The notes beneath the pieces were generated by a model, which did no database searches, was not told the DNA's origin, and worked only from the letters and a program-made list of their open reading frames with translations. A stretch of DNA of 64,000 bases from the NCBI RefSeq assembly GCF_017348835.2, contig NZ_CP071375.1; one strand, 5' to 3'. The translations under genes and the position numbers were made by a program. How positions within the stretch are numbered: the stretch's first letter is position 1; the number at the start of each line of letters is the position of its first letter. Positions 36,151 through 47,188 of this stretch are shown here, one piece after another. The DNA is from Escherichia coli. GTDB taxonomy: Bacteria > Pseudomonadota > Gammaproteobacteria > Enterobacterales > Enterobacteriaceae.

Positions 36151-36404
36151 TGCCACTCCTTTTTCACAGTTCCTTGTGCGCGCTATTCTAACGAGAGAAA
36201 AGCAAAATTACGTCAATATTTTCATAGAAATCCGAAGTTATGAGTCATCTCTGAGATAACATTGTGATTTAAAACAAAATCAGCGGATAAAAAAGTGTTT
36301 AATTCTGTAAATTACCTCTGCATTATCGTAAATAAAAGGATGACAAATAGCATAACCCAATACCCTAATGGCCCAGTAGTTCAGGCCATCAGGCTAATTT
36401 ATTT

Positions 36405-36797
36405 TTATTTCTGCAAATGAGTGACCCGAACGACGGCCGGCGCGCTTTTCTTATCGAGACTGCCGCTAATGTTGATCATCTGGTCCGGCTGAACTTCTCG
36501 TCCATCAAAGACGGCCGCAGGAATCACGACATTAATTTCACCGCTCTTATCGCGAAAAACGTAACGGTCCTCTCCTTTGTGAGAAATCAAATTACCGCGT
36601 AGTGAAACCGAAGCGCCATCGTGCATGGTTTTTGCGAAATCAACGGTCATTTTTTTTGCATCATCGGTTCCGCGATAGCCATCTTCTATTGCATGAGGCG
36701 GCGGTGGCGCTGCATCCTGTTTTAAACCGCCCTGGTCATCTGCCAACGCATAAGGCATGACAAGAAAACTTGCTAATACAATGGCCTGAAATTTCAT
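36405..36797 (-). CDS. ydeI: Periplasmic OB-fold (BOF/YgiW family) stress protein
   Basis: 130-aa ORF with signal peptide. Confidence 0.85.
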
Positions 36798-37072
36798 ACT
36801 GACTCCTTAATTGCGTTTGGTTTGACTTATTAAGTCTGGTTGCTATTTTTATAATTGCCAAATAAGAATACTGCCAATTGTTATAAGGCATTTAAAATCA
36901 GCCAACTAGCTGTCAAATATACAGAGAATTTAACTCACTAAAGTTAAGAAGATTGAAGAGTCTTAAACATATTTTCAGAATAATCGGATTTATAAATTTG
37001 AATATTATTATAATGGAAGAGCATACAGAAAAAGCAAATCACCTTTACATATAATAGCGTGGACAAAAAACA

Positions 37073-37591
37073 GTGAACATTAATAAAGATAAAATTGTAC
37101 AACTCGCAGATACCGACACTATTGAAAACCTGACATCCGCGTTGAGTCAAAGACTTATCGCGGATCAATTACGCTTAACTACCGCCGAATCATGCACCGG
37201 CGGTAAGTTGGCTAGCGCCCTGTGTGCAGCTGAAGATACACCCAAATTTTACGGTGCAGGCTTTGTTACTTTCACCGATCAGGCAAAGATGAAAATCCTC
37301 AGCATAAGCCAGCAATCTCTTGAACGATATTCTGCGGTGAGTGAGAAAGTGGCAGCAGAAATGGCAACCGGTGCCATAGAGCGTGCGGATGCTGATGTCA
37401 GTATTGCCATTACCGGCTACGGCGGACCGGAGGGCGGTGAAGATGGTACGCCAGCGGGCACCGTCTGGTTCGCGTGGCATATTAAAGGCCAGAACTACAC
37501 TGCGGTTATGCATTTTGCTGGCGACTGCGAAACGGTATTAGCTTTAGCGGTGAGGTTTTCCCTCGCCCAGCTGCTGCAATTACTGCTATAA
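37073..37591 (+). CDS. ydeJ: CinA C-terminal-domain / PncC-like protein
   Basis: 172-aa ORF. Confidence 0.8.
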   Translation: MNINKDKIVQLADTDTIENLTSALSQRLIADQLRLTTAESCTGGKLASALCAAEDTPKFYGAGFVTFTDQAKMKILSISQQSLERYSAVSEKVAAEMATGAIERADADVSIAITGYGGPEGGEDGTPAGTVWFAWHIKGQNYTAVMHFAGDCETVLALAVRFSLAQLLQLLL

Positions 37592-37635
37592 CCAGGCTGG
37601 CCTGGCGATATCTCCAGGACAGCCATTGGTGGTGT

Positions 37636-39681
37636 TTATACGTTCAAGCCACGATGTTGCAGCATCGGCATAATCTGAGGTGCCTTACCGCGCCATTGTC
37701 GATACAGGCGTTCCAGATCTTCGCTGTTACCTCTGGAAAGGATCGCCTCGCGAAAACGCAGCCCATTTTCACGCGTTAGTCCGCCCTGCTCAACAAACCA
37801 CTGATAACCATCATCGGCCAACATTTGCGTCCACAGATAAGCGTAATAACCTGCGGCATATCCGCCACCAAAAATATGGGCGAAATAACTGCTGCGATAG
37901 CGTGGCGGTATAGCAGGAAGATCCATATTTTCCGCCACCAGCGCCCGCAATTCGAAATCATCGACATCCTGCATTGCTTCGTTTTCTTCCAGGCAATGCC
38001 AGCGCATATCGAGAAGTGCGGCGCTAAGCAGTTCGCTCATCTCATACCCTTTGTTGAACAGGCTGGCATTACGCATTTTCTGTTGCAGTTCGTCAGGCAT
38101 TGCTGCCCCGCTCTGATAATGCCGGGCGTAGCGAGCGAATACCTGCGGATGCGTTGCCCAGTGTTCGTTGATTTGCGAAGGAAATTCGACAAAATCACGC
38201 GGCGTGTTGGTGCCGGAAAGCGTGGCATAACGCTGGCGGGCAAAAAGGCCGTGCAGCGTATGACCAAATTCATGGAATAAGGTTATGACATCATCCCAGA
38301 GTAACAACGTAGGCTCACCGGCAGCAGGTTTCTGATAATTGCAGACGTTATAAATTACCGGATGCGTTTCATTAAGCGTTGATTGCTCAACAAAATTGCC
38401 CATCCATGCACCGCCGCTTTTTGAATCACGGGCGAAGAAATCACCGTAAAATAACGCCAGCCCCACGCCATTATGATCAAAAATTTCCCACACCCGAACG
38501 TCAGGATGGTAGACAGGAATATCAAAACGTTCGACAAACTTAATACCGAAGAGCTGATTCGCGGTCCAGAATACACCTTCATTCAACACCGTGTTTAATT
38601 CAAAATATGGCTTGAGCTGCGCCTCATCAAGATCAAATTTCTCCCGCCGTACCTGTTCGGCATAAAATGCCCAGTCCCACGGCTGCGCGCTAAACCCGCC
38701 TTGCTGCTTATCGATAACCGCCTGTATGGAGGCTAATTCATCGCTCGCACGTTGACGCGCCGCTGGAACAATTTCCCGCATAAAGTTAAGTGCTGCTTCA
38801 GGTGTTTTTGCCATCTGATCGGCGATTTTCCATGCGGCATAATGAGGAAAACCAAGTAATGTCGCCTGTTGTGCACGGATCTCCACCAGACGTTGAATGA
38901 TAGCGCGGGTATCATTGGCATCATTTTTTTCCGCTCGCGTCCAGCCCGCAATAAACAGTTTTTCACGCGTCGCACGATCGCGCATTTCGGCAAGCGCCGG
39001 TTGTTGGGTGGTATTCAGCAGCGGAATCAGCCATTTGTTATCCAGACCTTTCTCGCGAGCCGCCTCTGCCGCCAGCGCAATCTCTTGCTCACTCATTCCT
39101 GCCAGCTGCGCGATATCGTTCACAACCAGACCGCCGGATTTATTTGCTGCCAGTAATCGCTGGTTAAACTGGCTGGTCAGGGTCGCAGCTTCTGTATTCA
39201 GTACTTTTAATTTTGCTTTATCAGCTTGAGCAAGTTTGGCTCCGGCAAGGACAAAACGTTGATGAATCACCTCCACCAGGCGGATGGATTCACTATCAAG
39301 CCCCAGGGATTCACGGCGCTGCCAGACAGCATCTACCCGCGCGAATAATTCACCGTTCAGATAGATATCATTAGCAAGTTCCGCCAGTTCAGCGGAAAAC
39401 TGTTCATCAAGACGCTGTAATTCATCATTGGTATGCGCCGCAGTCATCGCAAAAAAGACGCTGGTAACGCGGGTAAGTAATTCTCCGCTTTGTTCCAGTG
39501 CCAGAATAGTATTGTTGAAATCAGGCGTTTGCGGGTTAAGCGCGATGGCAGCAATTTCTGCCCGCTTTTGCTGCATTCCCTCATCGAATGCCGGGCGATA
39601 GTGATGATTGGCAATTTGATCAAAATGAGGAGCCAGATACGGCAATGTGCTTTGCACAAGGAAAGGATTCATTGTTGTCAT
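37636..39681 (-). CDS. dcp: Dipeptidyl carboxypeptidase II (M3 family zinc peptidase)
   Basis: ORF 37636..39747 with HEFGH zinc motif; likely start MTTMNPFLVQ. Confidence 0.9.
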   Translation of the reverse strand: MTTMNPFLVQSTLPYLAPHFDQIANHHYRPAFDEGMQQKRAEIAAIALNPQTPDFNNTILALEQSGELLTRVTSVFFAMTAAHTNDELQRLDEQFSAELAELANDIYLNGELFARVDAVWQRRESLGLDSESIRLVEVIHQRFVLAGAKLAQADKAKLKVLNTEAATLTSQFNQRLLAANKSGGLVVNDIAQLAGMSEQEIALAAEAAREKGLDNKWLIPLLNTTQQPALAEMRDRATREKLFIAGWTRAEKNDANDTRAIIQRLVEIRAQQATLLGFPHYAAWKIADQMAKTPEAALNFMREIVPAARQRASDELASIQAVIDKQQGGFSAQPWDWAFYAEQVRREKFDLDEAQLKPYFELNTVLNEGVFWTANQLFGIKFVERFDIPVYHPDVRVWEIFDHNGVGLALFYGDFFARDSKSGGAWMGNFVEQSTLNETHPVIYNVCNYQKPAAGEPTLLLWDDVITLFHEFGHTLHGLFARQRYATLSGTNTPRDFVEFPSQINEHWATHPQVFARYARHYQSGAAMPDELQQKMRNASLFNKGYEMSELLSAALLDMRWHCLEENEAMQDVDDFELRALVAENMDLPAIPPRYRSSYFAHIFGGGYAAGYYAYLWTQMLADDGYQWFVEQGGLTRENGLRFREAILSRGNSEDLERLYRQWRGKAPQIMPMLQHRGLNV

Positions 39682-39817
39682 TTTCTTCTCCTGAACGCGA
39701 GGTGTTCCATAGCGTAGGCTTACTGATAACGGAGTGCAATCTTGCAAACCAGTATTACCCGCTCTTAAGCATCACGTGCTATGTTATTGACACACAAAAG
39801 CGTTGAGGAACAGTGAG

Positions 39818-40564
39818 ATGATCGTTTTAGTAACTGGAGCAACGGCAGGTTTTGGTGAATGCATTACTCGTCGTTTTATTCAACAAGGGCATAAAGTTAT
39901 CGCCACTGGCCGTCGCCAGGAACGGTTGCAGGAGTTAAAAGACGAACTGGGAGATAATCTGTATATCGCCCAACTGGACGTTCGCAACCGCGCCGCTATT
40001 GAAGAGATGCTGGCATCGCTCCCTGCCGAGTGGAGCAATATTGATATCCTGGTAAATAATGCTGGCCTGGCGTTGGGCATGGAGCCTGCGCATAAAGCCA
40101 GCGTTGAAGACTGGGAAACGATGATTGATACCAACAATAAAGGCCTGGTATATATGACGCGCGCCGTCTTACCGGGTATGGTTGAACGTAATCATGGTCA
40201 TATTATTAACATTGGCTCAACGGCAGGTAGCTGGCCGTATGCCGGTGGTAACGTTTACGGTGCGACGAAAGCGTTTGTTCGTCAGTTTAGCCTGAATCTG
40301 CGTACGGATCTGCATGGTACGGCGGTGCGCGTCACCGACATCGAACCGGGTCTGGTGGGTGGCACCGAGTTTTCCAATGTCCGCTTTAAAGGCGATGACG
40401 GTAAAGCGGAAAAAACCTATCAAAATACCGTTGCATTGACGCCGGAAGATGTCAGCGAAGCCGTCTGGTGGGTGTCAACGCTGCCTGCTCACGTCAATAT
40501 CAATACCCTGGAAATGATGCCAGTTACCCAAAGCTATGCCGGGCTGAATGTCCACCGTCAGTAA
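39818..40564 (+). CDS. ydfG: NADP-dependent 3-hydroxy acid dehydrogenase (SDR family)
   Basis: SDR ORF with TGATAGFG Rossmann motif; start MIVLVTGA. Confidence 0.9.
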   Translation: MIVLVTGATAGFGECITRRFIQQGHKVIATGRRQERLQELKDELGDNLYIAQLDVRNRAAIEEMLASLPAEWSNIDILVNNAGLALGMEPAHKASVEDWETMIDTNNKGLVYMTRAVLPGMVERNHGHIINIGSTAGSWPYAGGNVYGATKAFVRQFSLNLRTDLHGTAVRVTDIEPGLVGGTEFSNVRFKGDDGKAEKTYQNTVALTPEDVSEAVWWVSTLPAHVNINTLEMMPVTQSYAGLNVHRQ

Positions 40565-40652
40565 TTTTTATACCCGGCGTAACTGCCGGGTTATTGCTTG
40601 TCATAAAAAAGTGGTAGACTCATGCAGTTAACTCACTCACAAGCAAGAACGA

Positions 40653-41339
40653 ATGACCGTCGAAACGCAACTTAATCCCACACAGCCTGTCAATCAGCAG
40701 ATTTATCGTATCCTTCGTCGCGACATTGTCCATTGCCTGATTGCTCCAGGCACACCGTTGTCGGAAAAAGAAGTTTCTGTTCGTTTCAATGTGTCACGCC
40801 AGCCGGTTCGTGAAGCCTTTATTAAACTGGCGGAAAATGGTCTGATTCAAATTCGTCCGCAGCGTGGCAGCTACGTCAACAAAATTTCCATGGCCCAGGT
40901 GCGCAACGGCAGTTTTATCCGTCAGGCCATTGAGTGCGCGGTGGCGCGTCGGGCGGCGAGCATGATTACCGAAAGCCAGTGCTACCAACTGGAACAAAAT
41001 CTTCACCAGCAACGCATTGCCATTGAGCGCAAGCAACTGGATGATTTTTTTGAACTTGATGACAACTTCCATCAACTCCTGACGCAGATTGCCGACTGTC
41101 AACTGGCGTGGGATACCATTGAGAACCTGAAAGCGACCGTTGATCGCGTGCGCTATATGAGTTTCGACCATGTTTCTCCACCAGAAATGCTGTTACGCCA
41201 GCATCTTGATATTTTCTCTGCCCTGCAAAAACGTGATGGCGATGCGGTAGAACGTGCAATGACGCAACATTTGCAGGAAATCAGCGAATCCGTGCGCCAG
41301 ATCCGCCAGGAAAACAGCGACTGGTTTAGCGAAGAGTAA
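40653..41339 (+). CDS. ydfH: GntR/FadR-family transcriptional regulator
   Basis: 228-aa ORF with N-terminal GntR HTH. Confidence 0.85.
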
Positions 41340-41515
41340 TTCATTTCCTCTCATCCCATCCGGGGTGAGAGTCTTTTCCCCCACCTTATGGCTCATGCAT
41401 GCATCAAAAAAGATGTGAGCTTGATCAAAAACAAAAAATATTTCACTCGACAGGAGTATTTATATTGCGCCCGTTACGTGGGCTTCGACTGTAAATCAGA
41501 AAGGAGAAAACACCT

Positions 41516-41719
41516 ATGACGACCTACGATCGTAACCGTAACGCAATCACCACTGGCAGCCGTGTTATGGTTAGCGGCACCGGTCACACTGGCAAGATCC
41601 TGTCGATTGATACTGAAGGTCTGACCGCTGAGCAAATCCGCCGCGGAAAAACCGTAGTTGTTGAAGGTTGTGAAGAGAAACTGGCACCTCTGGACCTGAT
41701 TCGTCTCGGCATGAACTAA
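41516..41719 (+). CDS. ydfZ: Small protein YdfZ
   Basis: 67-aa ORF with ribosome-binding site. Confidence 0.8.
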
Positions 41720-41726
41720 GCGTGTG

Positions 41727-41757
41727 AATGCCGCCGATGGCGGCATTGCTTTTTTTA
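41727..41757 (+). terminator. Intrinsic terminator after ydfZ
   Basis: AATGCCGCC-gatg-GCGGCATT hairpin followed by gc + T7. Confidence 0.8.
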
Positions 41758-43215
41758 CTTCACGGAATATTTCGCCGCGGTCGCTTTCGCGCCATGCGCT
41801 AATAAAGACAAGTACGCTTCCGTCACTTTTGCAGTAAACAAGCTATTGTCTGGCAAATCATCACCAAAGATTGCCTTAATCGCCAGCAATGACTGGACGC
41901 GCGCTTTACCTTCGGCACTACTTTGTACAGCCTTCTGAATAACAGGTAACAGTGGGTCACTGATTTCAATCGGATTTCCCTGTTCATCAACACCACCGAC
42001 ATAACGCATCCAACCCGCGACGCCCAGCGCCAGCAGATCGAACTTGCTGTCATGCGCCAGATGCCAGCGAACAGAATCCAACATCCGCTGTGGCAATTTC
42101 TGGCTGCCATCCATCGCAATCTGCCAGGTTCGATGGCGTAACGCCGGGTTGCTATAGCGTGCAATTAATCGGTTAGCGTAATCTTGCAAATCAACGCCCT
42201 TCACTTTCAGCGTCGGCGCTTGTTCCTGCAACATCAAGCCATACGCCGCATGACGATAATGTTCATCTTCCATACAGTCATTAATGTGCTGATATCCGCT
42301 AAGATAACCCAGATACGCCAGGAATGAATGACTGCCGTTGAGCATGCGCAACTTCATCTCTTCATAAGGCAGTACATCGCTAACCAGTTCTGCTCCCGCT
42401 TTTTCCCATTCCGGACGTCCGGCAACAAAATTATCTTCTATTACCCACTGGCGGAAAGGTTCACAGGCAACGCCAGCAGGATCGCGCACACCGGTAAGTT
42501 GTTCGATTTTCGCCAGCGTATCCTCTGTCACTGCGGGCACAATACGGTCCACCATTGTTGATGGGAAAGTCACGTTATCTTCGATCCATTGTGCCAGTTT
42601 TACATCAACGGCTTGTGCGTAAGAAGTGACAACGTCACGCGCAACATGACCGTTTTCTGGCATGTTGTCACATGACATGACGGTAAATGCGGGAAGTCCT
42701 GCCGCTTTACGGCGAGCCAGCGCCTCAACAATCACCCCTGTTGCTGTTTTCGGCTGGTGGGGATTTTGCACGTCGGCAGCGACCATCGGGTGATCGAGCA
42801 TTAACTGTCCGGTCGCCGGAGAGTGGAAATACCCTTTTTCGGTGATTGTCAGAGAGACAATCGCGATTTGTGGTTCACACATCGCAGCCAACACGGTTTC
42901 TAAGCCATCTATCTGTACGTGCAAGGCTTTTTTAACGACGCCAACGACGCGAGCCGTCCACGCATCGGCCGACATTTCCGCAACGGTATAAAGATTATCT
43001 TGCTGTTGTAAATCGGCAATTTGCTGTTCGCCACCGATTATGTTGACCTCATAATATCCCCAGTCACTGAAATGTTCTGTAGCAAGAATATCGGCATACA
43101 CGCCCTGATGCGCACGGTGAAATGCACCAAAGCCTAAATGAACAATTCTTGGGGCCAGGTTATTACGATCATAAACAGGGAGCGTCGCTTTTGCTGATAA
43201 CAAATTATTTCCCAT
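41755..43215 (-). CDS. ydfI: Mannitol-dehydrogenase-family oxidoreductase
   Basis: 486-aa ORF. Confidence 0.85.
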   Translation of the reverse strand: MGNNLLSAKATLPVYDRNNLAPRIVHLGFGAFHRAHQGVYADILATEHFSDWGYYEVNIIGGEQQIADLQQQDNLYTVAEMSADAWTARVVGVVKKALHVQIDGLETVLAAMCEPQIAIVSLTITEKGYFHSPATGQLMLDHPMVAADVQNPHQPKTATGVIVEALARRKAAGLPAFTVMSCDNMPENGHVARDVVTSYAQAVDVKLAQWIEDNVTFPSTMVDRIVPAVTEDTLAKIEQLTGVRDPAGVACEPFRQWVIEDNFVAGRPEWEKAGAELVSDVLPYEEMKLRMLNGSHSFLAYLGYLSGYQHINDCMEDEHYRHAAYGLMLQEQAPTLKVKGVDLQDYANRLIARYSNPALRHRTWQIAMDGSQKLPQRMLDSVRWHLAHDSKFDLLALGVAGWMRYVGGVDEQGNPIEISDPLLPVIQKAVQSSAEGKARVQSLLAIKAIFGDDLPDNSLFTAKVTEAYLSLLAHGAKATAAKYSVK

Positions 43216-43304
43216 AACTATTCCTTAAATATAAATATGGCAAGCTACATGTTTTGTTATATGAATAAAAAATCCCCTCTCCGGTAAGAGAAGGGATTGA
43301 GGAT

Positions 43305-44588
43305 TTACAGACTTCTGGAAGGTTGCGCAGCTCTTACAACACGCGGTTGATCTTCCGCGGCGTCTTCCAGCGCACTTAAATCACGGTCTTTCACTTCTGG
43401 CATTTTCAGCGCAGAGATTAAACCAATCACTGAATATGCCATGATCATAATGGCGATCGGATACCAGGATTCCGTCATGGTGCAGAAAATACCCGCCAGG
43501 ATAGGACCAAAACCGGAAGCGATAAGACCACCAATTTCTTTAGAAATAGCCATCCGGGTAAAGCGGTTTTTACAGCCGAACATTTCTGCCATGGTAATGT
43601 TTTCCAGAGCAAATAATCCCAGCACCGCACAGTTATGAATCACAATCAGTGCAACCATAATGGTGCTCGGGGCATAGCTTTTATCTACGATGATAGAAAG
43701 CATTGGCCATGCCAGCACAATCGCAGAGGTATTCATAATAATATACGGGATCCGGCGACCAATTTTATCGGATAACCAACCAAGGAACGGAATGGTCATA
43801 AAGCCGAGAATCGAACTGATCATCAATGCATCTGTTGGAATTGCTTTGTTAAACAATAACGTCTGTACTAAATAGCCTGCAAGGAAAGTCTGAATTAAAC
43901 CGGAGTTACCCGCCTGACCAAAACGCAGCCCTGTTGCCAGCCAGAAGGATTTGCTCTGGAACATGCTACCAGCAGGTGCAGGTTTTGCTGTCGGTTGGTT
44001 GCTGTCGTTAACCTTCTCAAAGACCGGGCTTTCTTTCAGATTCATACGCAACCAGATAGCAAAGACCATCACGACAACGCTCGCCAGGAACGGTATACGC
44101 CATCCCCACGCCAGCAGTTCCTCTTTACTGAGAATGAAGAACATAAAGGCCCAGATTGCCGTTGCGCTTAAGGTTCCGCAGTTAGTTCCCATAGCCACAA
44201 ATGAGGAGATAATTCCGCGCTTACCTTTTGGCGCATATTCCGCCAGCATCGTACCGGCACCGGAAATTTCCGCACCCGCACCCAACCCCTGAATAATACG
44301 CAGCGTCACCAGCAAGATGGGGGCAAAAACACCAATCTGTGCATAGGTCGGTAACACTCCAATTAAGGTGGTACAGATCCCCATCATGGTGATGGTAATA
44401 AAGAGCACTTTTTTACGCCCTATTCTGTCGCCCATTTTGCCGAAAATAAATGCTCCGACAATACGCGCCACATAACCTGCACCGCAGGTTCCCATTGCCA
44501 AAATTAACGCCATTGCCGTTGATGATTCAGGAAAAAATATTTCATGAAACACTAACGCAGCGCCGAGCGAATATAACTGGAAATCCAT
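43305..44588 (-). CDS. ydfJ: MFS metabolite:H+ symporter, probably N-terminally truncated at the prophage junction
   Basis: 427-aa ORF begins inside the first transmembrane region; the conserved GDRIGRK motif is close to the N-terminus. Confidence 0.7.
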   Translation of the reverse strand: MDFQLYSLGAALVFHEIFFPESSTAMALILAMGTCGAGYVARIVGAFIFGKMGDRIGRKKVLFITITMMGICTTLIGVLPTYAQIGVFAPILLVTLRIIQGLGAGAEISGAGTMLAEYAPKGKRGIISSFVAMGTNCGTLSATAIWAFMFFILSKEELLAWGWRIPFLASVVVMVFAIWLRMNLKESPVFEKVNDSNQPTAKPAPAGSMFQSKSFWLATGLRFGQAGNSGLIQTFLAGYLVQTLLFNKAIPTDALMISSILGFMTIPFLGWLSDKIGRRIPYIIMNTSAIVLAWPMLSIIVDKSYAPSTIMVALIVIHNCAVLGLFALENITMAEMFGCKNRFTRMAISKEIGGLIASGFGPILAGIFCTMTESWYPIAIMIMAYSVIGLISALKMPEVKDRDLSALEDAAEDQPRVVRAAQPSRSL

Positions 44589-45192
44589 AATTCACAGGTG
44601 TTTTTTCCCATCCTGTGGTTTCCTTGGCGTTTTCTAGGTTTTTTCAGATAGTTGCATTTTTTAAAAAGCATCCTAAGTTCGATCTCAGTGTCTATCTGGG
44701 GCCTATTTCTGTCCCATATATGCCCCAAAAAAAACTCCCCAACAGATAAGTAGTTTTTTCATGGATTTATGCGTAAAATCAAGAACGGCTGGAAATCATT
44801 CAATACTCACACTATCGAAAAATTTACCAGCCAACCGCAGCACGTTCTTGCATAAGGCGTGTCTGCGGTTTTTCAACTATTCAGATACATCACTCCCATC
44901 ACATTCATTCCTCCGCATCAAAGGCATATAGGCTATATCACCTTGATATTTTTATTTTTCAGATAAAAACTGTTATCTATGTATACTTTTAAACCCAATC
45001 CGTGTAGAGTCTCTGCATAAGATAGTTTGCAGTTGCCGCTTCAGCTTGCGCCATAAATCGCCTGATTTTTGCTGCCACCTGTTAGCATTCCTGTATACCT
45101 GAAACGACAATGTTTATCTACGAACTTTAAGAACACCCAAGATAAAAATTGTCAACTATATCATATATAACACATTACTAATTCGAGGCTAT

Positions 45193-45306
45193 ATGAACAG
45201 CATACTGATAATCACATCTCTCCTTATCATATTCAGCATTTTTAGTCATGCCCTAATAAAATTAGGGATTGGCATATCCAATAACCCAGACAAAACCGAT
45301 GTATAA
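45193..45306 (+). CDS. Hypothetical small hydrophobic protein (37 aa)
   Basis: [37 protein letters not shown]; one predicted TM helix; weak ribosome-binding site. Confidence 0.3.
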
Positions 45307-45374
45307 GTCAACATATCCTGAATCAGACATACAATATCGCAATGAAAATCAATAATATTTTAAGGAATATCTTC

Positions 45375-45608
45375 ATGAAATCAAAAGACACCCTAAAGTG
45401 GTTCCCTGCGCAGCTTCCTGAAGTAAGAATTATCCTAGGGGATGCTGTAGTGGAAGTAGCAAAACAGGGAAGACCTATCAATACCAGAACATTGCTTGAT
45501 TACATTGAAGGAAACATAAAGAAAAAATCATGGCTGGATAACAAAGAATTATTACAAACAGCGATATCAGTTCTTAAAGACAACCAAAATTTAAATGGTA
45601 AAATGTAA
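45375..45608 (+). CDS. ydfK: Prophage cold-shock-associated small protein
   Basis: ORF starting MKSKDTLKWFPAQLPEVRIILGD after AAGGAA. Confidence 0.75.
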   Translation: MKSKDTLKWFPAQLPEVRIILGDAVVEVAKQGRPINTRTLLDYIEGNIKKKSWLDNKELLQTAISVLKDNQNLNGKM

Positions 45609-45924
45609 TATAATAAACTTACTTTTTTATCATTTTTCCACTTTAACAACATTTTGCTCCACTTTTCCACGACCAAACAACTTGAAATCTGGTTAAAATA
45701 ACACGCAACACTATTCTTCTTCCTTGAGTCCGCCCGGAACTCGAAAAACAAACCGAGTTAAAGCCATTTTTCACAAAATCGATTTTGGGTCTCACCAAAA
45801 TTACGGGGTTGCATACGCATTCGTTTATTTTCGAACGTGTACATACAAATATGCACAAAAATAATCAAAATTATTTTCTGAGATGCATTATGATATGAAC
45901 ACCAATTTCGTATAGAGTCTCACT

Positions 45925-46515
45925 ATGTCTCGAATTTTTGCTTACTGTCGGATATCAACGCTGGATCAGACCACCGAAAATCAACGCCGGGAAATCGAAA
46001 GTGCAGGTTTTAAAATCAAACCTCAGCAAATAATCGAAGAACACATTAGCGGCTCAGCAGCAACCAGTGAGCGTCCTGGTTTTAACCGGTTGCTTGCTCG
46101 CCTGAAATGTGGTGATCAATTGATTGTGACAAAACTGGATCGCCTTGGTTGTAATGCAATGGATATCAGGAAAACAGTGGAACAACTGACCGAAACAGGT
46201 ATCAGAGTGCATTGCTTAGCATTGGGGGGCATTGACCTGACCAGTCCAACAGGAAAAATGACGATGCAAGTAATTTCAGCAGTCGCTGAATTTGAACGAG
46301 ACCTTTTACTTGAACGCACTCATTCCGGGATAGTAAGAGCCCGGGGCGCAGGGAAACGTTTTGGTCGACCACCTGTGTTAAATGAAGAACAGAAACAGGT
46401 GGTATTCGAACGAATTAAGTCAGGTGTAAGTATAAGTGCCATTGCCCGGGAATTCAAAACCTCGCGGCAAACCATTTTAAGAGCCAAAGCAAAACTTCAG
46501 ACACCTGACATATAA
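45925..46515 (+). CDS. pinQ: Serine recombinase (DNA invertase/resolvase family)
   Basis: 196-aa ORF with N-terminal catalytic motif YCRISTLDQ and C-terminal HTH. Confidence 0.8.
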   Translation: MSRIFAYCRISTLDQTTENQRREIESAGFKIKPQQIIEEHISGSAATSERPGFNRLLARLKCGDQLIVTKLDRLGCNAMDIRKTVEQLTETGIRVHCLALGGIDLTSPTGKMTMQVISAVAEFERDLLLERTHSGIVRARGAGKRFGRPPVLNEEQKQVVFERIKSGVSISAIAREFKTSRQTILRAKAKLQTPDI

Positions 46516-46612
46516 AAAATAATCTCGGTGTGAGATGCTTTACGTCTTCCAAGCCACCTTCCTTGCCGTAAATGGAAAGATACATCTAATTATAGAATTT
46601 ATATGTTTTACC

Positions 46613-47188
46613 CTACGGCAGTGCTGGCCATTCAATATCCTGTGCAGTTGACGTATCAACACGGTTCAGCAATACCCGATACTTTTTCCATGCTTCCAGC
46701 AACGAGATTTCTTCCTCCGTTGCAATTTCCAGATCTGCAGCATCCTGAAGCGGCGCAATATGCTCACTGGCTACCTGCATCAGGCTGTTTTTTGTTTCTT
46801 CCGCCTCCCGGATCCGGAACAGTTTTTCTGCTTCCGTATCCTTCACCCAGGCTGTGCCGTTCCACTTCTGATATTCCCCTCCCGGCGATAACCAGGTAAC
46901 ATTTTCCGGTAACGGACCGAGTTCAGAAATAAATAACGCGTCGCCGGAAGCCACGTCATAAACCGTTTTACCCCGATGATCTTCAACGAGATGCCACGAT
47001 GCCTCATCACTGTTGAAAACAGCCACGAAGCCTGCCGGAATATCTGGCGGTGCAATATCGATACTGTTTGCTGGCAGACCTGTATGAGGCGGAATATATG
47101 CGTCACCTTCACCAATAAATTCATTAGTTCCGGCCAGCAGATTATAAATTTTTATGGTCCGTGGTTGTTCACTCATTCTGAATGCCAT
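46613..47188 (-). CDS. tfaQ: Tail fibre assembly protein
   Basis: 191-aa Tfa-like ORF directly downstream of the tail-fibre C-terminus. Confidence 0.8.
   Translation of the reverse strand: MAFRMSEQPRTIKIYNLLAGTNEFIGEGDAYIPPHTGLPANSIDIAPPDIPAGFVAVFNSDEASWHLVEDHRGKTVYDVASGDALFISELGPLPENVTWLSPGGEYQKWNGTAWVKDTEAEKLFRIREAEETKNSLMQVASEHIAPLQDAADLEIATEEEISLLEAWKKYRVLLNRVDTSTAQDIEWPALP

Noticed and set aside
37592-37612. Palindrome CCAGGCTGGCCTGG after ydeJ as a terminator
   Set aside because: No following T-run; more likely a chance palindrome or protein-binding site.
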